Positions 1 to 12,729 of a DNA stretch of 64,000 nt are shown in pieces. The notes below the pieces were generated by a model. That model did no database searches and was not told the origin of the DNA. It saw only the letters and a list, made by a program, of their open reading frames with translations. Both the position numbers and the translations under genes were made by a program. Source of the DNA: Octopus sinensis (lineage: Eukaryota); the NCBI RefSeq assembly GCF_006345805.1, contig NC_042997.1:54498001-54562000 (forward strand), read 5' to 3'. Numbering within the stretch: the stretch's first letter is position 1; the number at the start of each line of letters is the position of its first letter.

Positions 1-1258
1 AGTCATTCACCTGATTAGCAATGCTTCTATCAGTAACATATTACAACCATCAACTCTCTTAGCTACTTTAACGGGCTGTCATCATTATCATCATTTCACA
101 CCTGATTGTCCATGCTGAAATGGGTTGGATGAGTTGTCATCATCTAGCTTTGTTTTGTTTTTTTTCAGTGTCTAACTCATATGACCTACTCTGGGTTTTG
201 TTTCTATTGTTAAATGCCCTTCCAAAACACAAACTACTACACTGTGGCTGTCATATTCTAGGCATGACCAAAGAGTCCATTCTAGCCTACAGTGTTGCTA
301 TTTAAACACCAGTTACTTTACAATGAGTACAAAGCATATTTTGTTATTGAATCAACATTTGAGAAGTTACTCTGTTCCCTGCTAGACTTTCTTTCTTTTC
401 TACGTAGTCTCAGTTTTTTACCGGCATGTGACAAAGTATAAACAAAGGGGCAGTGATAACCAAGAATGTGAAAGAGTATGTATATGTGATGAAAGAAACA
501 GAGAACAGTAGGGGAAAAAAATGATGGCTACATGTAAAAGGTTGAAAAGAAAAATATGACTAACTTGATGGCATAGCAACAAAGATAATGTATCATAGTA
601 GAAGAAAGTGATGATAACATAACAAAGATGGTAGTTAGTGAGAGTAAAAGAGACAGTGGTATGTCTAAAAACATCAGGATGTTTCTTACAGATATTGCAA
701 CCTTCTGAAGTACATCACATATCCATTTTTTCTTTTAAACATTAAGCTATAATTATTCAAGCTGAACATCAATCTTACCAGTCAAGATGTAAAACTACAG
801 GTAACCATATTTTTAGTGAGACAACTACAAGAAAAAGTTTCAGTAAATACCATCCCAGTCTACTTAACATTTATCAATCTGTAGAATATTTCTGTAGCAG
901 AGAGTATGAAATCCCAGTACTGTCTTACATGTTGCTTGCTCAACATGTAAGAAAAGAGGTAGGAGTTTGATACTGTGTACAGAGAAAGGTATACAAAATA
1001 TATAGGAATAATATGGCAAATTGAGAGAGGATAGGTACTTCAAATGCTTGAAATGTAAATGAGTAATTAACAGTAACACACACATTAAATATACTGCTAA
1101 TCAAATACTGTGCATATAAAAGATATAATGGAATCTCAGAAAGATCGCCAGTATTGAATAATGAACTTGACAGTAGAGTGATGAAATCCAAAAAAACAAA
1201 TTAATTTATTTTAAAATATATAATTTGTAGAAAACATCTGACTAGAGATATTGTACAT

Positions 1259-2257
1259 TTATGGTTTCTCTCCTGTGTGGGTACGTTTATGTTTAGTTAA
1301 ATTATCACTTCGAGAAAATGTTTCATCACAGATATCACAGTGGTATGGCTTTTCACCTGTATGAATACGTTTGTGTCGAGCAAAATGACTGTTTTGTGAG
1401 AATGTTTTACCACAAATATCACAGTGGTATGGTCTTACTCCTGTGTGAATACGAACGTGGCGAGACAAATTAGCGCTTCCGGAACATGTTTTACCACAAA
1501 TATCACAGTCATAAGGTCTCTCTTCTGTGTGAATGCGTTTGTGACGAGTCAACTCAAAACTCCCAGAGTATGTCTTACCACAAATATCACAGTAATACGG
1601 TCTTTTTCCTGTGTGAATGCGTTTATGGGAAGCTAAAGTACTAGATATGGAGAATGATTTGCCACAGACATCACAATGATATGGTTTTTCCCCTGTATGA
1701 ATACGTTTATGGGTCACTAAATTACTGGTTACAGAGAATGCCTTACCACAGACATCACAACGGTATGGTTTCTCTCTGGTGTGAGTGCGTTTGTGGGCAA
1801 CTAAGTGACCATTCTCAGAAAAAGCTTTACCGCAGTCATCACAATGGTATGGTTTCTCTCCTGTGTGAACACGTATGTGTCGAGAGAAACTATCTTTCTG
1901 GGAGAAATTTTTACCACAAATATCACAGTGGTATGGTTTTCTTCCTGTATGAATATGTTTGTGTCGAGAGAAATTACTACTTTGAGAGAATGATTTACCA
2001 CAAATATCACAGTGGTATGGTTTCTCACCTGTGGGAATACACTCATGGGAAGCTAAAGAACTACTTTCTGAGAATATTTTACCACAGATATCACAGGAGT
2101 GAATTTCTTTTCCTGCATCAGCACATTTATGGCAGGACAACAAATTACTTGTAGTGAATAACTTTCCACATTTATCACAAGGGTGTGGTTTCACTTCTGC
2201 ATTTTCCTGTGTTTGATTAGATGACTCAGTAGTTTCATGTTCTGATTTTTCATCCAT
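1259..2257 (-). CDS. C2H2 zinc-finger protein, 332 aa, 11 tandem fingers (first two degenerate)
   Basis: Uninterrupted ATG-to-TAA ORF with repeats of Y-x-C-x2-C-x3-F-x8-H-x3-H and TGEKP-type linkers. Fingers 1-2 lack the second His. No KRAB/SCAN/ZAD domain visible. Confidence 0.95.
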   Translation of the reverse strand: MDEKSEHETTESSNQTQENAEVKPHPCDKCGKLFTTSNLLSCHKCADAGKEIHSCDICGKIFSESSSLASHECIPTGEKPYHCDICGKSFSQSSNFSRHKHIHTGRKPYHCDICGKNFSQKDSFSRHIRVHTGEKPYHCDDCGKAFSENGHLVAHKRTHTREKPYRCDVCGKAFSVTSNLVTHKRIHTGEKPYHCDVCGKSFSISSTLASHKRIHTGKRPYYCDICGKTYSGSFELTRHKRIHTEERPYDCDICGKTCSGSANLSRHVRIHTGVRPYHCDICGKTFSQNSHFARHKRIHTGEKPYHCDICDETFSRSDNLTKHKRTHTGEKP

Positions 2258-2660
2258 TATTTTCTTTTTAATCTATATTGTTTGTGTATGATTGTCTTTG
2301 CTCAACTCTAACAGTATCCAGTCTTAAGAAAGAACTTCAAGTGGATTTATTTGAATGGAACCTTGACATTAAAAACCAACAACTAAATGGTTATTTATCT
2401 CTAGTTAACCATCATATCTAGATATCAAAGTCATTACATGAGCGAAGTAAAGCTTCATGGTAAATCTCCAATGTTTAATAAGTAGATAGAATCTTCTGGT
2501 AGAAATTTGTAAAAGAATTCTTGCAATTTTTCACACCCATTCAGCCAAGAATTGTAGATACTTGCTGACTTCAGCTTGAAGTTAATTTCAGTTTCCTGTA
2601 GTTGTTAAATGTGTTGATAATGTTTCGTAAAATATTTTTATTTCAATGTCATCTGATAAC

Positions 2661-2680
2661 CTGCAATAAAAGACAACAAA
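2661..2680 (-). other. Splice acceptor opening the ZNF terminal exon (about 400 nt of 5' UTR before the ATG)
   Basis: Minus strand TTGTCTTTTATTGCAG|GTTATCAGATGA. The near-identical TTGTCTTTTATTACAG|GTTATCAGATGA lies at 11210-11229 upstream of the paralog. Confidence 0.7.
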
Positions 2681-4459
2681 AGATATATGGAACAATGAAG
2701 AGTTTAACATGGAGATTATTGAAGTGAAGATATTGAGTACATGTACCGAAATCTATGACAACCAAAACAAGTCAGAACATATTTACATAGAGAAGAAACT
2801 TTGATATATAGATGCAGTGGAAATGAATAGCAAAGATCGAGGGTGTAGATCTTGGAATGATTGAGTCTAGTGACCACTGGTCACAATACTGAAGTATGTT
2901 ACTACAGCTATTTAACCCTTTTGTTACCATATTTCTGTCAATTTCTCGTGAAATACACTGCTTTGTTTAAAATTCTTAAAATAATGATTAAGCTGGCATT
3001 TGGAACATAAATGAGCATAAAATTTTGAAGGAAGATTTTAATTTAAACCCCTATAAACAAGACGTTAGGATCACACAAATATTAAAAGATCAGTATCCAA
3101 TAATCACACATTATCACAATATATCATCTATGATAATAGATTTTGTCTTCCCACTTGTATTTACAGTATCATTAGTCAATCGAATTGCAGGTTGCCACCT
3201 GAAGGGTTAAGCCGAAATGTAGCAGAACCAGAGTCACAACAACAAATTAATGCACTGCACAGTGACTAGAACTCCACTGGCTTAACCCTGAAACAATCGG
3301 TGTCTGTCTTGACAGAAAATAGTAAGGCTTTGCACTGATGTACAAACCAACCAAGCAAGAATTACCAATTACCTTTAGGATCTCAGGTACTGATGGTATA
3401 CAATAGTAAAGTAGATGTTTCGTAATATGTGCTTACCCAAAGTGTGTTACCTCGCAACGACAGACTATCATCACCCAGGGCAAATACCATCGATGGCTAC
3501 CTGTATGCACACTTATACGGAATGATTATTCATATAGCAATGTTGATGGCTAAGACTAATTCCATCGTTTTTCCATGTCAGTAGACACCTGATTGTCGGT
3601 TTTGTTTTCTTTTTGCTTAGCAAGGCATCTAATTCTTCTTTTCTAGTCAAGAGAGAAGGCAATGTCCATGACTCTTTAGAAGGCTTCGAAGACTAGTAGG
3701 ATGTAAAGAGGGGAGTATCCTGAAACTCTAAACCTAGCTAGAACGCTTACAACAGAGAGAGAACTCTTAAACACACTCAAGGAACCAGGTGATATTAGAC
3801 GGCGACAGATTACGTTTTTTTCTTTTCTTTTTTTTTTAGTAAGAAGAAAATGTCAACAAACGAATGAAAAACATTTATTAGCGTGACGATGCCAACGGCT
3901 GCTGTGACAGCACCTTGAGACAAAGAGAAAATACCGATATTAATATCATACCAACATATCACCAACACTTTTATCCTTTTGTTTATCTTTACAACGTAAA
4001 TCACTGATATTATTTAAATAATAGATGAGGACCAAATGAATTACAAAATATGAAACAAAATACATTTTAGAAAACTTGATTAACTATAAAGAGACAAAAA
4101 AAAAACAGGATCTGGTAGCGAGCGGGAATGATGAAAATGGAGTAAAAATGCAAATATACAATACTAAGTTTCTAATAAAAGAAATACTTAAAATATTTTA
4201 ATAATACTTACATAATAATGTAGTTAAAAGATAAATAATGCGAGCAGTGTTGAAGTAGCTAGACTTGCAAATTGATGAGAATATCGAGAAATTTAACCAA
4301 TTCCTTCAGGTACCACTTACAAGATATAGCTATTTCCTTTTGACTTATGAACAATCTTTTATTTTAACTAGAGCAGTTAATTAATTTGTTATTATTAAAG
4401 CAGTTTAAAGAGAAAGCAATAAAACTACAAATGTTTAAAGATTTAGCAGCGGGTGACAT

Positions 4460-4521
4460 AGCGGAAGTGACATTGAACATAGGGGAAGAATTCAACTCTA
4501 ATCAGTAGAGAGTGTTACAAC
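4460..4521. promoter_or_regulatory. Candidate promoter region of ZNF gene 1 (ETS-like site plus motif shared with the paralog)
   Basis: CGGAAGTG at 4462-4469. AATCAGTAGAGAGTGTTACAAC at 4500-4521 recurs with 1 mismatch at 15497-15518. Confidence 0.45.
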
Positions 4522-4607
4522 AACAGAAATCTAACCAGGTGCATCAGGTCATTGTTTCCTGATAGAGTTTACCTTAGATTACATTAGCCTTTCGGTTTTT
4601 AAGACAA

Positions 4608-4716
4608 ATCTGGGCGAAAGTAAAGAATACGTACACCCGGCATTTAATGTTTAGGGTTAGGGTTTTTGTTATGCCGATAACGGGTGGTGTACGTATTCGT
4701 TACCTCCGCCCAAATC
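4608..4716. repeat. Short inverted-repeat element with a (TTAGGG)2 core
   Basis: Arm TGGGCGAAAGTAAAGAATACGTACAC pairs imperfectly with GTGTACGTATTCGTTACCTCCGCCCA. Inner CGGCAT/ATGCCG pair. Loop contains TTAGGGTTAGGG. Confidence 0.7.
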
Positions 4717-4802
4717 GGTAATAGTTTTAAGTGGCTACGTAGGTTTCTTCATCACAGAGGTCAAATTTTTTTTATACTTTTCATCACGACTATTCTTGTC
4801 AT

Positions 4803-5723
4803 GGAGCTAATGCAGTTTCGCACCTCTCCTTGAAAAATGCATTTTTCTGAAAAAAATTTGGCAAGACTTCTTTTTGTACCCCACAAAAGACACCCCCGTT
4901 TTGTAATTTTATTTTTTTTCTACACACGTCTTCGGCTACGGAGAATACGAATCTGCAAAAAAAAAATTGGCAAAAATCGGCATTTTCAAATTACCCCTAA
5001 AGTCTTCATTTTTAACTTTTTGTTCAGAATTTTTTTTTCAAAATATGCGAGAAAATACGGAGATTATGATTCTGAGAAAAAAAGTGAAAAATTAAGAAAT
5101 TGGGGTGGGGGTGGGGAGAAATTAAAAATTTTTGATAATTTTCCGGAATTTCCATATCCGAAAACGTGGGTTTTTAGCAAATAAATAAATAAAAACAGTA
5201 AAAAAAATTTTTTTTTTTTTTTTTTAAATAATTTGCGAGAAAATGGTAGGCGGGGGGGGGGAAGTCTTTCCAAAAATTTTTCGGATTCCTACGAAGATTA
5301 CGAATATGCAAAAAATATATAAATAAATTTAAAACCCGCCCCATAATTTAAATTTTTGATTTTGTTTGCTCTAAAGAGATCAGAGCGAACTGAAGAACAT
5401 ATGTAAATCGAAATTAAATACATACAAAAACATTAAAGTGAAAAGAATTACGTTTTACTTGTGTTTGCCTTAAATAATATATTTGGCTACTAAATGTGGC
5501 GGTCCTATAGAAGACGGTGTTACTATGGTCTTTGCCCCAGGAAGACATATCTATCCATCTCTTTATACATATATCTATATGATTATTGAATTAAAAATTT
5601 TGAAAACGTGGTTTCTGACATATTCGGGATATATTCGTAATCTCCGTCATCTAAAAGATAGAGATGTAAAAACTTTTTTCAAAAATATGCATTTTTCAAG
5701 AAGTGCAAAACTGCATTAGTCCC
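4803..5723. mobile_element. Non-autonomous DNA transposon (MITE) with GG termini and 8-bp TSD, Merlin- or hAT/MULE-like
   Basis: TIRs GGAGCTAATGCAGTTTCGCAC..TTGAAAAATGCAT and ATGCATTTTTCAAGAAGTGCAAAACTGCATTAGTCCC. TSD CTTGTCAT at 4795-4802 and 5724-5731. Confidence 0.8.
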
Positions 5724-5880
5724 CTTGTCATTTCTGACATTGATGTTGTTTTCCCCCCTATGCTGCCCTAGAACTCCACTAACGAATTACAAAATATGAC
5801 AAATTTATCTCTGCACAATTTTGTACAGCGTATGTTCTGATCGTGGTCCACTTTGGATCCACTGATTATTATGACCAGCC

Positions 5881-6369
5881 ATTCCATCTCGTGCACAGAT
5901 TTTTCAATTAATTTTTTTTTAACTAAATACTTTGAAACTTTGGATACTGGTAGAATGTGTCACGTAGAACAGGGCTTACTCTTAACATTTTTGACAAAAT
6001 TTTGTATTTTAGAAGTTATTTCATGTTAAAGTTGTTGTATTTGGGTAACTTTAACCAATCAATGATGTGTATTCAGCTGAAGAAAATTACTGCTGCTGTT
6101 TGCGAACAACAACTTTCGGGTCCATTGACAAAACGATGAATCTTTGACAACAAACTGAAAATTTCCCCTAACAAAGCCCTTTTTAACCAGCTGAATACAC
6201 GTCATTGATTTGTTAAAATTACCCAAATATGACAACTTTAACATGAAATAACTTCTAAAATACAAAATTTTGTCAAAATTGTTCTATGTGACACATTCTA
6301 CCAGTATCCGAAGTTTCAAAGTGTTTACTTTAAAAAAATTAACTACAAAATCTGTGCATGAAATGGAAT
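5881..6369. mobile_element. Foldback element with ~190-200 bp inverted arms
   Basis: 5881-~6080 is the reverse complement of ~6188-6369, e.g. ATTCCATCTCGTGCACAGATTTT vs AAAATCTGTGCATGAAATGGAAT and GGATACTGGTAGAATGTGTCAC vs GTGACACATTCTACCAGTATCC. Confidence 0.85.
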
Positions 6370-7469
6370 AGATCTTCGGCAGATCCAATGATTGTTATAA
6401 CCAGCCATTCATGTTACTAATTGTATATCATTGATCAAAAGAACATTATGGTCACCACAGAAAACTATTACTGGGATTAAGTATTGCATTTATCATGAAA
6501 GTTGTAGACATGTGCATCTTCCAGTAATACATGACAGTGAGGGATTAGCATTAAAAAACAACAAAAAAGACAATTAAGGAACTTTGGAAAGTGTCATTTA
6601 TTTGTGTACAATATTAACAATAACAAACCATTTAAATTTGATATAATTGATAATACTCCCTCTTTAAAATTTATATTTCGATAAAAAGGTATAGTTATAC
6701 ATTTCAGCAAATAGATTACAAACAATTTCGCATATTTCTAAGTATTATTCATCCAATAACATTGTTAGGAAAGTTTGGAGGAGATTTCTTGTAATTCTTT
6801 TAGGATGCTTTGGTTCCAATAAGTTTTCTGTTTGTTGTGACTTAGGTGGCATTTTCGGGACTCGTGTGGTGTTTATATATAACAAAGTGAAGTTGTAAGA
6901 TACCACAGGAGTGGAAATATATATGAAAGGTTTGAAAATGCAATTTTAAAAGGTGTTTATTCACTTGACCGGTTTCACCTTTTTAGAAAAAGATTGTCAA
7001 AAGTAAAATGTAAAAGCTTGGTAAAAACTTCGTTGTGTTAAGTACTGGTTGTCACAAAATATTACAATACATATATACATTCTTTTGATAATAATAAGAA
7101 AAATGTTAAAACAGTTTACAAGGAAAAATCTTGAGAAAATATTAAAAAGTTCATAAAAAATATTATGATTTCATTAGAAATCATGTTTGTTAGGAAATAT
7201 CTATATATATACATAGAAAATTATAAGTTCAGAAAGGTCATATACAGAAGGAGATATATTTAGGAGTTTACAAAGAATTTGGGATAAACTGACCTGTTTT
7301 ACCATTTTCTGTGAAGCTAAATAAAGGTTCATTACTATTTAAAGGGACAATGTGAGATGTTGGTTTGGGTGGGGAGAAGGAGGAGCAATGTGGAATTGAA
7401 AGGAAATTTTTGTTGTTTCGCTTTAGTCTTTCATGGTTCAGTGGTTTTTAGGACTGGTCTGAGAGGTCA

Positions 7470-7694
7470 GAATGCTCTGAGTGTGTGTGTGTATATATAT
7501 ATATACATGTGTTTATGTCTCTGTGTGTTGACTGTTTTTGACTGGTCCCAGGGTTTATTGTGGTGTATGTAAATGTGTCTGTGTGTGTTTAATATTTGGT
7601 AGAATGGTGTGTGTATATGTGTGCGTGTATGTGTGTGATTAATATTTGTTAGGGTGTTGTGTGTGCACAAGTGTGTGTAGATATATATATATAC
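7470..7694. repeat. (TG)n/(TA)n low-complexity tract
   Basis: Direct inspection. Confidence 0.85.
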
Positions 7695-8573
7695 ACTAGC
7701 TGACATACCTAGTGATTCCCGGGAAAGCAGGGCTTATTCCTTGGTTCCTTTCTCATAACTGTTTTGCTAATCCAATAAGAATACAAAGTATGTAGACCTT
7801 GAAACAGTTTTTGTGCATTTACAGAGAATACCGAAGTGTCTTACACAGGATCTTGTTTTTAGAAATGCCCAATAAGGTATGAATACCCAAATTTTGAAGT
7901 CAGTTATGTAATAACATAAAATTAGTTACCCAATAGTGAGAATTCAAATAAAGTAGCGCCGAAAAAGGCTTTAATACATTCCCATAGTATATAGAATTTA
8001 GGAGGAAATACTAATAAGGTATGTATACTAAAATCATGAAGCATGTTACGTAATAACAGGATAATCATATACGAGACAATAACAATTCAAAGTAAATAAC
8101 TCTAAAAAGGGCTTTTGTGCATTCCCAGAGAATATTACCCTCAGCGGTGCTAGTGTTGGTATATTCGTGAATAAGTCACTAACTGAAATAAGTGGATCTA
8201 TTGTTTAGGAAAATACTATTTACTTGTTTAAGGGTTGTACTGGATAAACTGCGAAAGTAACTATAAGAGTTCAAATACTCAATTTGATTTATACCAAACA
8301 ATTTAGGAAAATGAATGGGTCATTTCCCTTGGCTGTTAAAATCTAGGTGAATAGGTTATTTCCCTCAGCTGTTAAAATGAAGTATATTAGATATATATAT
8401 AAGGATCCCTTCCAGGGACCCTATTATTGATTTTTTTCAACAATCTGAGTATGCCATGAGGTTTCCAGACATGAGTTCTACTCCTGTCAAGTTTCATCAA
8501 AATTGATAAAATGATATAGGAGGAGTTAGCTAACAACTCCAGAGACAGAATTTCCCACATATGTAGTATATAT
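7695..8573 (+). mobile_element. Helentron/HINE (DINE-1-like) non-autonomous element with internal ~143-bp tandem repeats
   Basis: Starts ACTAGCTGA..ACCTAGTGATTCCCGGG, has degenerate tandem units (AATAAGGTATG at ~7872 and ~8014), and a 3' module AAGTTTCATCAAAATTG...ACAGAATTTCC..ATATGTAGTA shared with 20462-20665. Family assignment is by resemblance. Confidence 0.6.
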
Positions 8574-9149
8574 GAAATGGGAAGAGAGAATTAAATCTGT
8601 ATTATTTCTTATACATTTGGGGTAGATCACCCATCTACAGAATAAAAGTAGTTAAATTATTAAGAAACAAGAGAAATACTTTGTTCTTGGGGAAGTCATA
8701 TGAAATAAGTAGAGAATATATTAATTCTCTCTTTAAATAGTTAAAATCTCTGGACATTATTTCTTTTACAGTTTTCATATATTACAATACTACCACACAC
8801 TTATACACATACACACAGAGATAAAGGTATGGATGACAGATAGGTGATAAAGGGATGTGTTGAGAGGGACATGAGATAGAGGGGCAAATAATACATGTTA
8901 CAATAAAGATTTGACACTATGCAGATATTCATACATGCACACATATACATAATGAAATATACCTATCTGTATGTATGTGTGTATATATATGATTTTAGAA
9001 GAAAAGTCAGCATGCCAAAAATCAAAGAGACAATTAATAACTGAAAATAAGAAACCCCAGTGGCTTGCTCAACATTAAGAGAGAAGCAGCCAAAAGTTCA
9101 ATACCAGATAAAAAAGCACACTTCAGATACTCTAGATACACAATACTGA

Positions 9150-9360
9150 TTTCAAATTTTGACACAAGACCATCAAGTTTGGGATGGGGAAGCTGATTAC
9201 TTTGACTCCAGTGCTCAACTGGTACTTACTTTATCAACTCTGAAAGAGTGAAAGGCAAAGTTGATCTTGGCAGAATTTGAACTCAGAATATAAAGATGGA
9301 CAAAATGCTGCTAAACATTTTTTTACCCAGCATGCTAACACTTCTACCAGCTTGCCACTT
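9150..9360 (-). mobile_element. tRNA-derived SINE, degenerate
   Basis: Minus strand GTGGCAAGCTGGTAGAAGTGTTAGCATGC...CTGAGTTCAAATTCTGCC. Same family at ~28020-28210 and ~62945-63120. Confidence 0.7.
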
Positions 9361-9517
9361 TACAGGCATAATTAATACTAATTGTGACATGAAATGCTAA
9401 GATGGTTAAATATTCAGTACATATAAAAGATGTAATAGGACCTCGAATAAACTAGAATACTGGACATTATCAGATATTATTTGCAAAAAAAAATATTTTA
9501 CCACGGATATCACCTAG

Positions 9518-10745
<1,228 letters not shown>

Positions 10746-11209
10746 AGCTTTCACTTTTAATTGATACTTTCTCTGTATGACAGTCTTTTGTTAAAGTCTG
10801 ATGATACCTTGGCTCTTAAGAAAGAATTTCTGAGCTTATTGGGATAAAATCATAAGCTTAAAAACAAGGAGCATAAGGCTAACAAAACTGGCTTAATTAA
10901 TAAGATATATTGCTTATACAATAGTTAAAATATATTGTGGATATTCCAATTTAATATGTACAGAAAATCTTTCAGTGAACATTTGTACTCCTTTCTTATA
11001 ATGTATTCCAACCCGGAGGCTGTGGCAATGACATTATACAGTAATTTCTACAAATAATCTGTTTTAAAAAAAATATTTCACATCTATTCAATCAAGAATT
11101 GTAGCAACAGGATGACATCAGCTTGATGAAGTTATTTTTAGAGTTGAAAAGTTGTTAAACATTGTTGATTAATCTTCAGCGAAATATTTTAATCTTATCA
11201 TCTGATAAC

Positions 11210-11229
11210 CTGTAATAAAAGACAATATA
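11210..11229 (-). other. Splice acceptor of the ZNF paralog terminal exon
   Basis: TTGTCTTTTATTACAG|GTTATCAGATGA, homologous to 2661-2680. Confidence 0.65.
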
Positions 11230-12581
11230 AAACATAAGAGACAATAAAGTAATAACATGAACAGTACTGGGGTGAAGATATTTCATGTGTACTTAAAGTT
11301 AAAAAACTAGGAAGAATTAGTACATATTTACAGAAAAAAGGCACTGATATAGAAAGGTAGTGGAAATATGATGGAACGGGATAACTAGCATTATGATTAT
11401 TGATCTTGGATTAAAGATCTTCAAGGAAGAATACTGGTTACAAAATCAAAGTCTGCAGAACTAACTAGAATATCTTAAAATTATTTTATCTTCCATCAGA
11501 ACCAAGCAAATTTACGCTACAGATTACTCCCTTTGACCCCAAATCTTCTCCTCTCACGTATAGCCCAATCATTTTCAGGAAACAAAACATCTTCGCCTTA
11601 TATTGAACACATGCAGCTTTCAACCAATGGAACATCCAAATAATTGGTCACTGATATTAAGATGTGGTTTTCAAATACCACAAGTGCAATTCTTTCTTTT
11701 TCTTTGTCACTTTTGAACACCACTGAAACATTCAATAACAACTGCTGATATTTTACTGTTAGTATTCCTTTCAAAAGAAATAAATCATTCACTTTTGTAA
11801 CTGACGTTGATGACCACTAATAGAAGACACACATTTTAAATATCTGGCCTTCATCTCTTTAACTCTTCAACTGACTGACCTCTTCTAATTATCTCTCAGA
11901 ATGTTTTAATCATTATTTATTGCCAGTTGACATGGTCACGTAGAAAAGAAATTTAGAACATCATGTCTAGTATAAAAGCATACACAGCTGTAGATGTAAA
12001 TATAACCAATGTGTGTAGATGTAAATATAATCAATGTGAGATGCAGCCTATATCCAGAGAAGGTCATATGAAAGATACTGGAACTGAAGGAAGCTCTTTA
12101 CATCATCTCACAATTTTAATTATAGTTTGTCTTTTATAACTTACAAAATAGACCACATTAAAAAATGAAAACCATTAATGATATCAGATGTATAACTTTT
12201 AATTTACAATGAGTAAAATATAAAGTCACTGAAAGTTATCTTATTGTAAATGTATGTATCTTTGTCACATTTCTATGAAGATAAATTATAGTGCTAAATC
12301 TTTACATGAATAACTGAATTTCCCATATCAAATTCTTATTAAATTTATGCCTGCCAATCTTGACTTATTTCTGTGTTTTAGTCAGTAATAGTCTGAATGT
12401 TGAATGAAAGCATGGCATGACTATTTTCTTGTTTATTTGTTACATACTTCTCTGATGCTCTTCATGTCTGTTTTTGGAGAACTCAAAGTAATAAACTGAA
12501 AAAAACTAAATAGTATGATAAATATATACCTGTAAATACTCTAGTACTTTCATTCTAAAAGAAATCCTTCAATAAACTTTG

Positions 12582-12720
12582 GCTGTGCGATAAGAAGTTT
12601 GCTTCCCATATGCATAGTCTCAGGTTCAGTCCCACTGCATGACACCTTCTACCAAAGCCTTGTGAATGGATTTGGTAGACAGAAACTGAAAGAAGCCTGT
12701 TGTATGTGTGTATATATAAA
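12582..12720 (+). mobile_element. tRNA-derived SINE, internally deleted
   Basis: GGCTGTGCGATAAGAAGTTTGCTTCCC...GGTTCAGTCCCACTGC...GTGAATGGATTTGGTAGACAGAAACTGAAAGAAGCC. Related copies at ~24700-24950, ~33290-33425, ~36730-36880. Confidence 0.7.
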
Positions 12721-12729
12721 TATAGGGCC

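Noticed and set aside
1424-2154. Antisense and alternative-frame ORFs over the ZNF arrays (also 10060-10272)
   Set aside because: By-products of the 84-nt finger periodicity, with no independent protein signature.
2912-3210. Single piggyBac-like MITE bounded by TTAA-CCCTT and AAGGG-TTAA
   Set aside because: Inverted match is only 5 bp and the right half does not resemble the left, so it is probably a truncated left end plus a chance or unrelated right end.
3806-3845. First-exon donor of the ZNF genes (AAAC|GTAA at 3813 and 14934; CTT|GTAAGT at 4320)
   Set aside because: Several candidate donors, none clearly supported in both paralogs. Needs transcript data.
4651-4662. Telomere or telomeric array
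   Set aside because: Only two TTAGGG units, internal to a hairpin element.
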